Shown: piece by piece, positions 1 to 8,891 of the stretch
Layout: every line of letters starts with the position of its first letter
Position numbering within the stretch: position 1 is the first letter of the stretch
From: Candidatus Micrarchaeia archaeon
Lineage (GTDB): Archaea; Micrarchaeota; Micrarchaeia; Micrarchaeales; CABMGC01
Assembly: GCA_049976305.1 (NCBI GenBank)
Contig: JBMFIM010000018.1
Span: 1-12,958 of the forward strand
Length of the DNA: 12,958 nucleotides
Reading direction: 5' to 3'
The notes under the pieces: model-generated
What the model saw: only the letters and a program-made list of their open reading frames with translations
What the model was told of the DNA's origin: nothing
Databases searched by the model: none
Translations under genes and position numbers: made by a program

Positions 1-942
1 ACAGCAACACCTGCGCCTTTCCAGCAAATGATTCAGTTCTCTGAATCAAGCTACTCAAACTACATAACCTACAACGGCAACATAGCCAATTTCGAATTCT
101 TCACGCAGAGCGGCTCAATAATACCTGCATGGATAGAAAGCAACAACAGTGGCACAATAACCGTGTGGCTCAATTTAGCAAACGGCGTGCCAGCGTCAAA
201 CTCAATTACAGTTTATCTTGGCTTTGCCAGCCAAGGCACAAACCTGCTCTCAAGCAGTGGCACAACTGGCATAGGCGAAGCCCCACAGCTAAGCTCAACC
301 TATGCTCAATACGACGATGGGGCGAGCGTGTTCAACAACTACTGGAACTTTGCTGGAACCAGCTTGCCAACAGGCTGGGAAGTGATTGGAAGAGCAACTG
401 TAACTGTTAATAATGGCGTTTCAATTAGTGGAGGGACGGGAGCCACGTATGATAGCCCAGGAATAGAATATACTTCTACAAATTTTGGCACATCTTCTTT
501 TGTAATAGATTCGCTTTCAGAACCTAACACAGGTGGCACGGGGTGTTTTGGGGGCCTAGGAACAAGGCAAACTACATCAACAAGTTTAAGCAATTACCAA
601 ATAGTTGTTGACTCGGGAGACTTATGGGGTGCTTGTGGCAGCGGATACTATAGTATTCAGTATCTAACTAGTTCTTCTTCATCTTCCACAGAAAGCACAA
701 GTTTTACAATAAATCAAAATACGTTTTATATAATAACACTGATACAAAAAAGTTCCACCGCAGAAGGTTTGCTAAATTATGGAAGTCTAGCTACTGCTTC
801 ACCAGTTTCTATATATAACCCAGGAAATAATTATCTAACGTATCTCGCTAACTATGGAGGTGCGTATGTACAATGGCTTCGCACACGTGCCTACCCGCCA
901 AACGGCGTGATGCCAAGCTACAGCTTCGGCAGCGTAAGCTAG
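1..942 (+). CDS. 5'-truncated DUF2341-like, Ser/Thr/Gly/Asn-rich secreted or surface protein (beta-rich, possibly lectin-like)
   Basis: The frame is open from base 1 ([13 protein letters not shown]...) to TAG at 940-942, so the ATG at 28 is probably internal. Motifs [35 protein letters not shown] and [15 protein letters not shown] resemble DUF2341-type surface proteins of acidophilic archaea (recognised from memory). Confidence 0.72.
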   Translation, partial: TATPAPFQQMIQFSESSYSNYITYNGNIANFEFFTQSGSIIPAWIESNNSGTITVWLNLANGVPASNSITVYLGFASQGTNLLSSSGTTGIGEAPQLSSTYAQYDDGASVFNNYWNFAGTSLPTGWEVIGRATVTVNNGVSISGGTGATYDSPGIEYTSTNFGTSSFVIDSLSEPNTGGTGCFGGLGTRQTTSTSLSNYQIVVDSGDLWGACGSGYYSIQYLTSSSSSSTESTSFTINQNTFYIITLIQKSSTAEGLLNYGSLATASPVSIYNPGNNYLTYLANYGGAYVQWLRTRAYPPNGVMPSYSFGSVS

Positions 943-3335
943 GAAATGAGCTTTGCATCGACTACCGAAGCGCCTTGCTCTAGGCGCATGAGCCTTACTC
1001 CGCTTGCATGCCTGCCCGTATGCCTTATCGACTCCACAGGTATTGTTATGCTTATGCCCTTTGAGTTTAGAATTACGAGCTTTGTCTCGTTGCCTACAAA
1101 CATCGCCTTTGCCACATTGCCCGTCTTCTCAGTTACTTTGAAGTTTGCAACTCCACTGCCGCCTCTGCCTTGAAGCCTGTAACTCTGCACGCTTGTCAGC
1201 TTGCCGAATCCTTTCTCTGATATTGTAAGCACGCTGCCTTGGTCGTTTGCTGCGAAGACGTTTAGTGCTGAGTCATCGCCATGCAGTCTTATTCCCCTTA
1301 CTCCTGCGGCGTTCCTGCCCATCTCCCTGAGCCTGCTTTCCTCGAATCTTATTGCCTTTCCTTTCCTTGTCGCTATGAACAGATACGGCATGTTTTGATA
1401 CATGTGCACATCTACTATCGCGTCGCCCTCTCTGAGCAGCAGCGCCCTTACGCCTGTGGACCTAGGCCTTGCAAACAGCCTTGCAGGCGTTTTCTTCACT
1501 ACTCCGCGCTTAGTGAGGAATACCAGCTTGCTGCTCTCGAAGTCCTTTATGTTGAATGCATCTACTACTTGCTCGTCTTTCAGATTGAGAAGATTGACTA
1601 TGGACCTGCCTTCTGCATAGCGCGTGCCTTCTGGCACGTTGTATGCCTTTAGCCAGTAAACCCTGCCTTTGCTTGTCACAAAAAGCAAGTAATCCTTGTT
1701 GTTCGCTATCACTATCCTTTTTACGAAATCCCCTTCCTTTAGATTCATTGTTATTATACCTTTTCCTCCACGCTCCTGCTCCTTGTACTCGCCTATTCCA
1801 AGCCTCTTCACATAGCCCTGGTTTGTAAGCAGAATAGCTACTTGCTCGTTGCTTATCAGGTCCTCGTCCTTTATCTCCTCAGGCTGCTCCATGAACACGA
1901 GCTCAGTCCTTCTGGGCCTCTGGTATTTCTGCTTTATTTCCTGTATTTCCTGCTTTATTATAGCGTCAATCTTCTCAGGAGATGCAAGCACCTGCTTATA
2001 GCTTGCTATCTTTTCATCAAGCTGCTTCTTTTCATTCTCTAGCGTGGTGTGCTCGAGCTTTGTAAGCCTGCCAAGCTTCATGTCTAGTATTGCGTTTGCC
2101 TGCTTTTCGCTTAGGCCGAGTTCTGCCATGAGCTTTGACTTGGCTTCTGCTGTTTCGCCACTAGACCTTACTATTTCAACAACCTTGTCTATGCTTGCTA
2201 TTGCCACAAGCAGCCCTTCGACAATGTGTGCTCTCTCTTGCGCGACCTTAAGCTCATACTCGCTCCTTTTCCTTACAATCTCCCTTCTGTAGTCTATGAA
2301 TGTGTTTACTAGCTGTAGAAGGTTGTAGCTTCTGAGCTCATTTCCTTTTACAGCCAGGTTTATTATCGGAAACGTGATTTCCATTTGGGTGTGCTTGTAA
2401 AGCTGGTTTATGACCTGCTCTGGGCTTGCATCGTTTGCAAGGTATATGCTTATGCTTATGCCCTGCTTGTCGCTTTCGTCGTGAAGGTCGCGTATGCCTG
2501 TTATTACCTTTTGCTTTGCCAATTCAACTATGCTTTTTATCAGCTGGGCCTTGTTTACGCCATACGGTATTTCGGTGACCACAAGCTTGCGGTTTTTTTC
2601 ATCTATGTTTATTCTTGCCCTTACAGTCACCTGGCCCCTGCCAAAACGATAGCCGTTAAGCGCGGAGCCTGACATTATTGCTATGCCCCCGGTAGGGAAG
2701 TCAGGGCCTTTTATTATCCGCAAAAGGTCCTCAACAGTAGCATCTTTGTGGTCTATGGCATATGTCACAGCTTCGCAAACCTCTGCCAAATTGTGAGGGG
2801 GCATGCTTGTTGCTACGCCTACAGCAATGCCTTCTGCACCGTTTATGAGCAGGTTTGGCACCTTAGCAGGAAGCACAACAGGCTCTTGCTCAGTATTGTC
2901 GAAATTAGGCACGAACTGCACAGTTTCTTTATCAAGGTCTTCAAGCATCTCCTCTGCAAGCCTGCTTAGCCTTACCTCTGTGTATCTCATTGCTGCTGGA
3001 GGATCGCCGTCTATCGAGCCCATGTTTCCTTGGCCTTCTATAAGCACATGGTTCATTGAAAAGTCCTGGGCCATTCTTACTATTGCATCATAAACTGCTA
3101 TGTCGCCGTGAGGGTGGTATTTGCCTATGACTTCACCGGTTACCCTTGCACTCTTCTTTGTTGGCTTGTCGTGCGTGTTTCCTATCTTGTACATTGCATA
3201 AAGTATGCGCCTCTGCACAGGCTTTAGGCCGTCGCGCACATCAGGAATGGCCCTGCCTATGATTACGCTCATTGCATAGTCTAGATAGCTCCTTTGTATT
3301 TCGTCTTCAACAGCGACCTTTCTTATCTCTGCCAT
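939..3335 (-). CDS. gyrA: DNA gyrase subunit A
   Basis: 798 aa. [16 protein letters not shown], catalytic AAMRYTE, GyrA-box QERGGKG (1758-1778) and C-terminal beta-pinwheel repeats. No intein. Confidence 0.98.
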   Translation of the reverse strand: MAEIRKVAVEDEIQRSYLDYAMSVIIGRAIPDVRDGLKPVQRRILYAMYKIGNTHDKPTKKSARVTGEVIGKYHPHGDIAVYDAIVRMAQDFSMNHVLIEGQGNMGSIDGDPPAAMRYTEVRLSRLAEEMLEDLDKETVQFVPNFDNTEQEPVVLPAKVPNLLINGAEGIAVGVATSMPPHNLAEVCEAVTYAIDHKDATVEDLLRIIKGPDFPTGGIAIMSGSALNGYRFGRGQVTVRARINIDEKNRKLVVTEIPYGVNKAQLIKSIVELAKQKVITGIRDLHDESDKQGISISIYLANDASPEQVINQLYKHTQMEITFPIINLAVKGNELRSYNLLQLVNTFIDYRREIVRKRSEYELKVAQERAHIVEGLLVAIASIDKVVEIVRSSGETAEAKSKLMAELGLSEKQANAILDMKLGRLTKLEHTTLENEKKQLDEKIASYKQVLASPEKIDAIIKQEIQEIKQKYQRPRRTELVFMEQPEEIKDEDLISNEQVAILLTNQGYVKRLGIGEYKEQERGGKGIITMNLKEGDFVKRIVIANNKDYLLFVTSKGRVYWLKAYNVPEGTRYAEGRSIVNLLNLKDEQVVDAFNIKDFESSKLVFLTKRGVVKKTPARLFARPRSTGVRALLLREGDAIVDVHMYQNMPYLFIATRKGKAIRFEESRLREMGRNAAGVRGIRLHGDDSALNVFAANDQGSVLTISEKGFGKLTSVQSYRLQGRGGSGVANFKVTEKTGNVAKAMFVGNETKLVILNSKGISITIPVESIRHTGRHASGVRLMRLEQGASVVDAKLIS

Positions 3336-3342
3336 GTTACCA

Positions 3343-5253
3343 CTATATGTCCAAGTTCAGAACCTCTGCTGCATGCTCCTCGAGGAACTTCCTCCTTTGC
3401 TGGACGTCAAGCCCCATGAGTATCTCAAAGAGCTCGTTCGCACGCTCAGCGTCGCGTATTGTCACCTGCTTGAGCACCCTCTTTTCCGGGTTCATCGTAG
3501 TTTCCCACAGCTGCTCCGGGTTCATTTCGCCAAGACCCTTGTATCTTTGCACTTCAGCATCGTTGCCAAGCTCCTTTAGCCTTTCATTAAGCTGCTCGTC
3601 GGTATAGCAGTAATATGTTTGCTTACCTTTTGATACCCTGTAGAGGGGCGGCTGCGCTATGTAGATATAGCCAAGCTCTATGAGCCTGCGCATGAAGCGG
3701 TAGAAGAAGGTAAGGAGCAAAGTCTGAATGTGGCTCCCGTCCACGTCTGCATCACTCATAATTATGATTTTCTTGTACCTTATCTTGTCTGGATTGAATG
3801 TTTCCTTTATGCCCGTGCCTAGTGCAGTAACAATGGTGTTGAGCTCAGCGCTGCTGAATATTTTCTCCTCGCTAGCCTTCTCAACGTTGAGTATTTTGCC
3901 CCTAAGCGGGAGTATCGCCTGGGTTTGCTTGTCCCTCCCTTGCTTGCTTGAGCCGCCAGCGCTTTCTCCCTCTACTATAAACAGCTCAGCCTTGTCAGGA
4001 TCATCTTCTATGCAGTCCGCCAGCTTGCCTGGTAGCACCGCATTTTCAAACAGGCTTCTTTTCCTAGCAAGCTCTCTGGCCTTCTTAGCGCTTTCCCTAG
4101 CATTCATTGCCAGCAAGACCTTCTCTGATATCGCCTTTGCATCCTGCGGATGCTCTTCCAAGTACCTTGACAGCGTGGAATACACGCTAGTCTCTACAAG
4201 CGTCTTTATCTCAGTATTTCCGAGCTTTTCCTTTGTCTGTCCTTCGAACTCAGGGTTTGGAAGAAGCAAGCTTATCACTGCGGTAAGCCCCTCTCTAATG
4301 TCCTCCCCTGTTACCTTGCTTGTGTCTTTGCCGTTTTTTGACATGTAGTTGAGGATGGCTCTGCTCAAGCCGGACCTGAAGCCTATTACGTGCGTGCCTC
4401 CTTCCTCGGTCCTTATGTTGTTTACAAAGGATTCCAAGTGTTCATCGTAGGTGTTGGTGTATTGAAGGGCGTAAGTCAGCGTCACTCCCTTTTCTTGCCT
4501 TTGCTCCTTTATTATGCTTGTCAGGGGCTGCTTGTCTTTGTTGATGTAGCTTAGCATGTCTTCTATACCTCTTTCAGAATAGTACTCAATTTCCTCGTGG
4601 GAATTGAATCTTTCATCTATGAACCTTATGCGCAAGCCTGGATTCAGAAAGCTTGTATAAAGAAGCCTTTCCTTTAGCATTTCAGAGTCGAACCTAGGAT
4701 TAGGGAAGATCTCAGGGTCTGGCTTGAACCTTACTATGGTGCCTGTCTTGTCTGTATTACCAAGCTCTTGCAAAGGCCCCTTCGGCTCGCCCTTGGCGAA
4801 TTCCTGCACATATTCTTTCCCGTTCTTGAATACGTGCACTATCGTATATTCTGACAGGGCGTTTACTACGGTTAAGCCTACGCCGTGCAAGCCACCAGAG
4901 ATCTTGTAGACATCGTTGCTGAACTTGGCGCCTTTGTGCAGTGTGGTCATTATTACTTCCAGCGCGCTCTTACCGTAGTTTGGCATTATATCCACAGGTA
5001 TGCCTCTGCCATCGTCGCTTACCTCTGCTATGTCCCCTGTCTGATCCTCTGAGAGCCTTATGCTTATGTTCTTGGCATAGCCTGCAAGCGCCTCGTCTAC
5101 AGCATTGTCAAGGACTTCAAAAAGAAGGTGCAAAACGCCAGAGCTGCCAGTAGAGCCTATGTACATTGCCGGCCTTTTCCTTATTCCTTTTGTGCCTTCA
5201 AGCACTACAATTTTTGAAGCATTATACTCACTAGATGCATTGGGATCTGCCAT
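3343..5253 (-). CDS. gyrB: DNA gyrase subunit B
   Basis: 636 aa. GHKL motifs [72 protein letters not shown]-terminal NLDI. Short form without the E. coli-type insert. Ends 7 nt before the gyrA ATG. Confidence 0.98.
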   Translation of the reverse strand: MADPNASSEYNASKIVVLEGTKGIRKRPAMYIGSTGSSGVLHLLFEVLDNAVDEALAGYAKNISIRLSEDQTGDIAEVSDDGRGIPVDIMPNYGKSALEVIMTTLHKGAKFSNDVYKISGGLHGVGLTVVNALSEYTIVHVFKNGKEYVQEFAKGEPKGPLQELGNTDKTGTIVRFKPDPEIFPNPRFDSEMLKERLLYTSFLNPGLRIRFIDERFNSHEEIEYYSERGIEDMLSYINKDKQPLTSIIKEQRQEKGVTLTYALQYTNTYDEHLESFVNNIRTEEGGTHVIGFRSGLSRAILNYMSKNGKDTSKVTGEDIREGLTAVISLLLPNPEFEGQTKEKLGNTEIKTLVETSVYSTLSRYLEEHPQDAKAISEKVLLAMNARESAKKARELARKRSLFENAVLPGKLADCIEDDPDKAELFIVEGESAGGSSKQGRDKQTQAILPLRGKILNVEKASEEKIFSSAELNTIVTALGTGIKETFNPDKIRYKKIIIMSDADVDGSHIQTLLLTFFYRFMRRLIELGYIYIAQPPLYRVSKGKQTYYCYTDEQLNERLKELGNDAEVQRYKGLGEMNPEQLWETTMNPEKRVLKQVTIRDAERANELFEILMGLDVQQRRKFLEEHAAEVLNLDI

Positions 5254-5291
5254 TTAATCAACTGGTCTATAATTAGATTTATCTCTTAAAG

Positions 5292-5311
5292 AATATAAAG
5301 CCTCTTATACT
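5292..5311 (-). promoter_or_regulatory. putative archaeal promoter for gyrBA
   Basis: Minus strand reads AGTATAAGAGGC-TTTATATT; TATA-like box about 39 nt upstream of the gyrB ATG. Confidence 0.45.
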
Positions 5312-5386
5312 TGTTTGTCGTCGGAAACAGGCAGATTGCACATGATGCAGGCATTCCAATTTATCGAGATAAATTACAACAAAGCA

Positions 5387-5911
5387 TCAGCTTCTAACGA
5401 GCGATTTTATGGCTTCATCAACGTCTTTCCTCGAAGTAATTAAATAGACTGACACTGCGAACGCCGCTATCCTGCTTGACAAAGAGGTATAAAAGTCTAA
5501 GGCGTAATTGAGAAGGCCTTTTACCACGCCTAGCTTATTTTCGCCGAGCAGGTCTAGTGCTATTCCCTCAGCTATTGCATGCGAAAATGGTGTGCTTGTA
5601 AATCTTGAATCATTGCTGATAAGTATTCTGTGGCCGAGCTCGTGGCCTATTGTCGTCTCAAGATCTTTTAGCTGAAACGAAGCAGGAACAATTACTCCTA
5701 TGCCACCATTTTTCTCTATTGAGGAGTAGCCAAAAACCCTGTTATTGGGCGGGTCTCCAAAATCTAGCTCAAAATTGCTAACATTAAAGTCTCCATATCT
5801 GTGCTTCGCCTTTATGAACTTTTCATAGAATACATTTCCGATTAGTATTCGTGCTGCTTCTTCATCAATGTGCTTCTTTTCTTTATTTTTTAAGACTACT
5901 ACTAGAGCCAT
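5387..5911 (-). CDS. small zincin-like metallopeptidase (HExxH...E), family uncertain
   Basis: 174 aa, ATG to TGA. HELGH (residues 90-94) and AEGIA (E115) give a gluzincin-like third ligand. No clear signal peptide. About 42% GC by hand count. Confidence 0.72.
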   Translation of the reverse strand: MALVVVLKNKEKKHIDEEAARILIGNVFYEKFIKAKHRYGDFNVSNFELDFGDPPNNRVFGYSSIEKNGGIGVIVPASFQLKDLETTIGHELGHRILISNDSRFTSTPFSHAIAEGIALDLLGENKLGVVKGLLNYALDFYTSLSSRIAAFAVSVYLITSRKDVDEAIKSLVRS

Positions 5912-5936
5912 CTCAATAAGATAATTGCCGAAAAAC

Positions 5937-5944
5937 TTAATAAA
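5937..5944 (-). promoter_or_regulatory. putative TATA box for a leaderless transcript of the HExxH gene
   Basis: TTTATTAA on the minus strand about 26 nt upstream of the ATG at 5911, the spacing expected for leaderless archaeal mRNAs. Confidence 0.4.
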
Positions 5945-6025
5945 GCGAGCTGGAAATCACGCTCTTAGATGTTGCATGTCAAATCTCCAAGCCTATTTGG
6001 CTAACGAAAAGGCGATATAAGTAAG

Positions 6026-6046
6026 CAAAAGATATTTATATATATT
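6026..6046 (+). promoter_or_regulatory. BRE/TATA promoter of tuf-rpsJ
   Basis: CAAAAGATA-TTTATATA (TATA 6035-6042), about 50 nt upstream of the tuf ATG. Confidence 0.62.
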
Positions 6047-6092
6047 CGCCATAAAACATAATGCTTTTCTTGTGCTTAATTAGGTAGATTTT

Positions 6093-7364
6093 ATGGCAGA
6101 AAAACCACACATGAATTTGATCTTCATAGGACACATTGACCATGGCAAATCAACGACAGTTGGCAGGCTGATGTATGAAACAGGAGCGATTTCTGAGCAA
6201 GACCTCAGAAAGCTCAAAGAAGAGGAAGCCAAATACAACCAGGCAACACTTGAATTTGCCTATGTTACAGACGAGCTTAAAGAAGAGAGAGAAAGAGGAA
6301 TGACAATAGACATCGCAGAAAGAGAATTCCAAACACCAAAGTATTACTTCACAGTGATCGATGCGCCAGGCCATAGGGACTTCGTAAAGAACATGATTAC
6401 AGGGGCAAGCCAGGCAGATGCGGCAGTGCTAGTAGTATCTGCAGCAGAAGGCATTCAGCCTCAAACTAGAGAGCACGCATACTTGGCGAAGGTTCTTGGC
6501 ATAAACCAGCTCATAGTAGGAATAAACAAGATGGATGCTGTCAACTATGACCACGTCAAGTTCGAAGATGTCAAAAGCAAGGTAGCAAACTTGCTCAAAA
6601 CCATAGGCTACGACACAAGCAAAATATTGTTTGTTCCATATTCTGCTTTGCAGGGAGACAACGTGTCAAAACCTTCAGACAAGATGCCTTGGTATTCAGG
6701 CCCGACGTTGCTTCAAGCAATAGACACGTTCGAAGTGCCTCCTAAGCCCATAGACAAGCCGCTTAGGCTGCCTATACAAGACGTTTACACCGTATCTGGT
6801 TTCGGCACTGTGCCAGTAGGCAGAGTAGAGACAGGCGTTATGAAGCCTGGCGATATAATTGTAATAATGCCTCCGGGCATAAAGACAGACGTCAAGAGCA
6901 TTGAAATGCACCACAAACCTCTTCAGAGGGCGGAGCCTGGAGACAACATCGGCTTCAACATAAAAGGAGTCGATAAGAAAGACCTTAAGCGTGGAGATGT
7001 TGTAGGCCCTGCTGACAATCCGCCTACTGTTGCCGAAGAATTTACTGCGCAGATTGTAGTAATAAACCACCCAACCGCAATAGCTCCAGGCTACACGCCA
7101 GTATTCCACATACACACCGCACAAGTAGCATGCACAATAGCAGAAATACTTGAGAAGAAAGACCCTAGAACAGGGCAGACAATACAGAAGAACCCAGAGT
7201 TCATAAAGAACGGGGACGTTGCCATCGTGAGGATAAAGCCAACAAGGCCGGTGGTTGTGGAGAAGTACAGCGAATTCCCACAGCTAGGCAGGTTTGCAGT
7301 CAGGGACATGGGTCAGACAGTAGCAGCAGGCATAGTGCTAGATGTGGTGAAGAGACAAGCATAA
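6093..7364 (+). CDS. tuf: translation elongation factor EF-1alpha (aEF1A)
   Basis: 423 aa. [65 protein letters not shown]; archaeal type. Confidence 0.98.
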   Translation: MAEKPHMNLIFIGHIDHGKSTTVGRLMYETGAISEQDLRKLKEEEAKYNQATLEFAYVTDELKEERERGMTIDIAEREFQTPKYYFTVIDAPGHRDFVKNMITGASQADAAVLVVSAAEGIQPQTREHAYLAKVLGINQLIVGINKMDAVNYDHVKFEDVKSKVANLLKTIGYDTSKILFVPYSALQGDNVSKPSDKMPWYSGPTLLQAIDTFEVPPKPIDKPLRLPIQDVYTVSGFGTVPVGRVETGVMKPGDIIVIMPPGIKTDVKSIEMHHKPLQRAEPGDNIGFNIKGVDKKDLKRGDVVGPADNPPTVAEEFTAQIVVINHPTAIAPGYTPVFHIHTAQVACTIAEILEKKDPRTGQTIQKNPEFIKNGDVAIVRIKPTRPVVVEKYSEFPQLGRFAVRDMGQTVAAGIVLDVVKRQA

Positions 7365-7371
7365 TGATTTA

Positions 7372-7677
7372 ATGGCCGTTGCTAGGATAAAGCTTACAAG
7401 TGTTTCTAGGAATGCAGCTTCTGATGTAGCCAAGCAAATAGTAGGCATAGCGAAAAATATTGGCATAAAATACAAAGGCCCTATTCCTCTGCCTACAAGG
7501 CGCATGGTCATAGCCACAAGGAAGACTCCTTGCGGGGATGGTTCAGATACCTATGACCATTGGGAAATGCGTGTGCACAAATGGCTTGTAGAAATAGATG
7601 GCAGCGACCAAGCGCTAAGGCAAGTAATGCACATACCCGTTCCAGACACAGTAAAAATAGAAATAGAGCTTTCCTAA
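7372..7677 (+). CDS. rpsJ: 30S ribosomal protein S10 (uS10), archaeal type
   Basis: 101 aa. ARIKL, KGPIPLPT, TRKTPCGDGSDTYDHWEMRVHK. Lies directly after tuf, the conserved archaeal order. Confidence 0.97.
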   Translation: MAVARIKLTSVSRNAASDVAKQIVGIAKNIGIKYKGPIPLPTRRMVIATRKTPCGDGSDTYDHWEMRVHKWLVEIDGSDQALRQVMHIPVPDTVKIEIELS

Positions 7678-7703
7678 CAACTTCCTAGCTTATCAACTTT
7701 TGT

Positions 7704-8867
7704 CTATTTTTTATTTGGCAAATACTTCCTTAGCTCTGCCGCTTTGTCAGTGTTCTCCCATGTAAACTCCTTTTCGCTTCTGCCGAAATGACCATATGCG
7801 GCAGTTGGTTTGTAGATGGGCCTTCTAAGCCTAAGCTCCTTTATGATTGAAGCGGGTCGCATGTCAAAGTGCTTCTTTACAATTTCAGCCAGCTTGTCGT
7901 CTGGCACCCTTCCGGTGCCCAAGGCGGTAACGTAGAAGCCTACTGGCTCCGCTACGCCTATCGCATATGCAATCTGCACCTCGCATTTTTCGGCCAAGCC
8001 AGCCGCTACTATGTTCTTTGCTATGTACCTGGCATAGTATGCTCCAGATCTGTCAACTTTTGTAGGGTCTTTGCCGCTAAAACATCCTCCGCCTGACTTG
8101 CCAACGCCTCCGTATGCGTCAACAACAGTCTTCCTGCCTGTAAGTCCAGAATCAGCCAAAGTTCCGCCAATTACAAACCTGCCGGTGCCGTTGATTATTA
8201 TCTTGGTGTTTTTGTCCACAAGCCCTTTAGGTACGACTTCGTTTATGACATGCTTCATAATGTCGCGCCTTACCTGGCCTATGCTGACGCTTTCTGAATG
8301 CTGCGCTGCTATTACTATGGCGCTTATCCTTTTCGGCTTTCCATCTACATACTCTACAGTCACCTGGGACTTGCCGTCGGGCCTGAGATAGGGGATTATG
8401 CCCTTTTTTCTGCACTCAGTTAGCCTTCTTGTCAAAGCGTGGGCAAGCACAGTAGGCAGTGGCATTAGTTGTGGAGTTTCGTTGCAAGCATAGCCGAACA
8501 CAAACCCTTGGTCGCCTGCCCCGAGCTCCTCGCCTTTCCTTTCATCAACCCCTATTGCTATGTCTGGAGACTGCTTCTCTACCGATACTACAACCCCGCA
8601 AGTGGCCCAGTCAAGGCCGTCTTTCGCGTTGTCAAGGCCTATCTCCTTGAGCGTGCTTCTGACTACTTTGGTTATGTCTACATTAGCAGTAGATGTTATT
8701 TGGCCTGTTACCACCACTATTCCCTGCATTATCAGAGTTTCGCAGTCTACGTGGGCAAACGGGTCCTGCCTTAGGTATGCATCTAGCACAGAATCCGAAA
8801 TTAAGTCAGCAACCTTGTCGGGGTGGCCTTCGGTAACACTCTCAGAAGTGATATGGTATATTGTCAT
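7704..8867 (-). CDS. metK: S-adenosylmethionine synthetase, bacterial/eukaryotic type (divergent)
   Basis: 387 aa. [63 protein letters not shown]. Confidence 0.96.
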   Translation of the reverse strand: MTIYHITSESVTEGHPDKVADLISDSVLDAYLRQDPFAHVDCETLIMQGIVVVTGQITSTANVDITKVVRSTLKEIGLDNAKDGLDWATCGVVVSVEKQSPDIAIGVDERKGEELGAGDQGFVFGYACNETPQLMPLPTVLAHALTRRLTECRKKGIIPYLRPDGKSQVTVEYVDGKPKRISAIVIAAQHSESVSIGQVRRDIMKHVINEVVPKGLVDKNTKIIINGTGRFVIGGTLADSGLTGRKTVVDAYGGVGKSGGGCFSGKDPTKVDRSGAYYARYIAKNIVAAGLAEKCEVQIAYAIGVAEPVGFYVTALGTGRVPDDKLAEIVKKHFDMRPASIIKELRLRRPIYKPTAAYGHFGRSEKEFTWENTDKAAELRKYLPNKK

Positions 8868-8891
8868 AAAACCACAACATTAGGCAGCCAG

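Noticed and set aside
28..30. ATG at 28 as the true start of the first gene
   Set aside because: The frame is open to base 1 with continuing family-like sequence, and no signal peptide follows this ATG.
179..909. 11-bp repeat CAAACGGCGTG at 179-189 and 899-909 as recombination sites
   Set aside because: Both encode NGV with preferred codons and they do not match the cassette boundaries.
379..942. Diversity-generating retroelement target in the first gene
   Set aside because: No reverse transcriptase or template/variable repeat pair in the window, and the anomalous block (~490 nt) is an internal codon-usage shift rather than adenine-specific variation.
5999..6005. GGCTAAC upstream of the tuf promoter (also near 9254) as a target of the putative guide
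   Set aside because: Only 7 nt of complementarity, expected by chance in 13 kb.
7678..7703. tRNA after rpsJ
   Set aside because: Only 26 nt separate the convergent stops; no cloverleaf.
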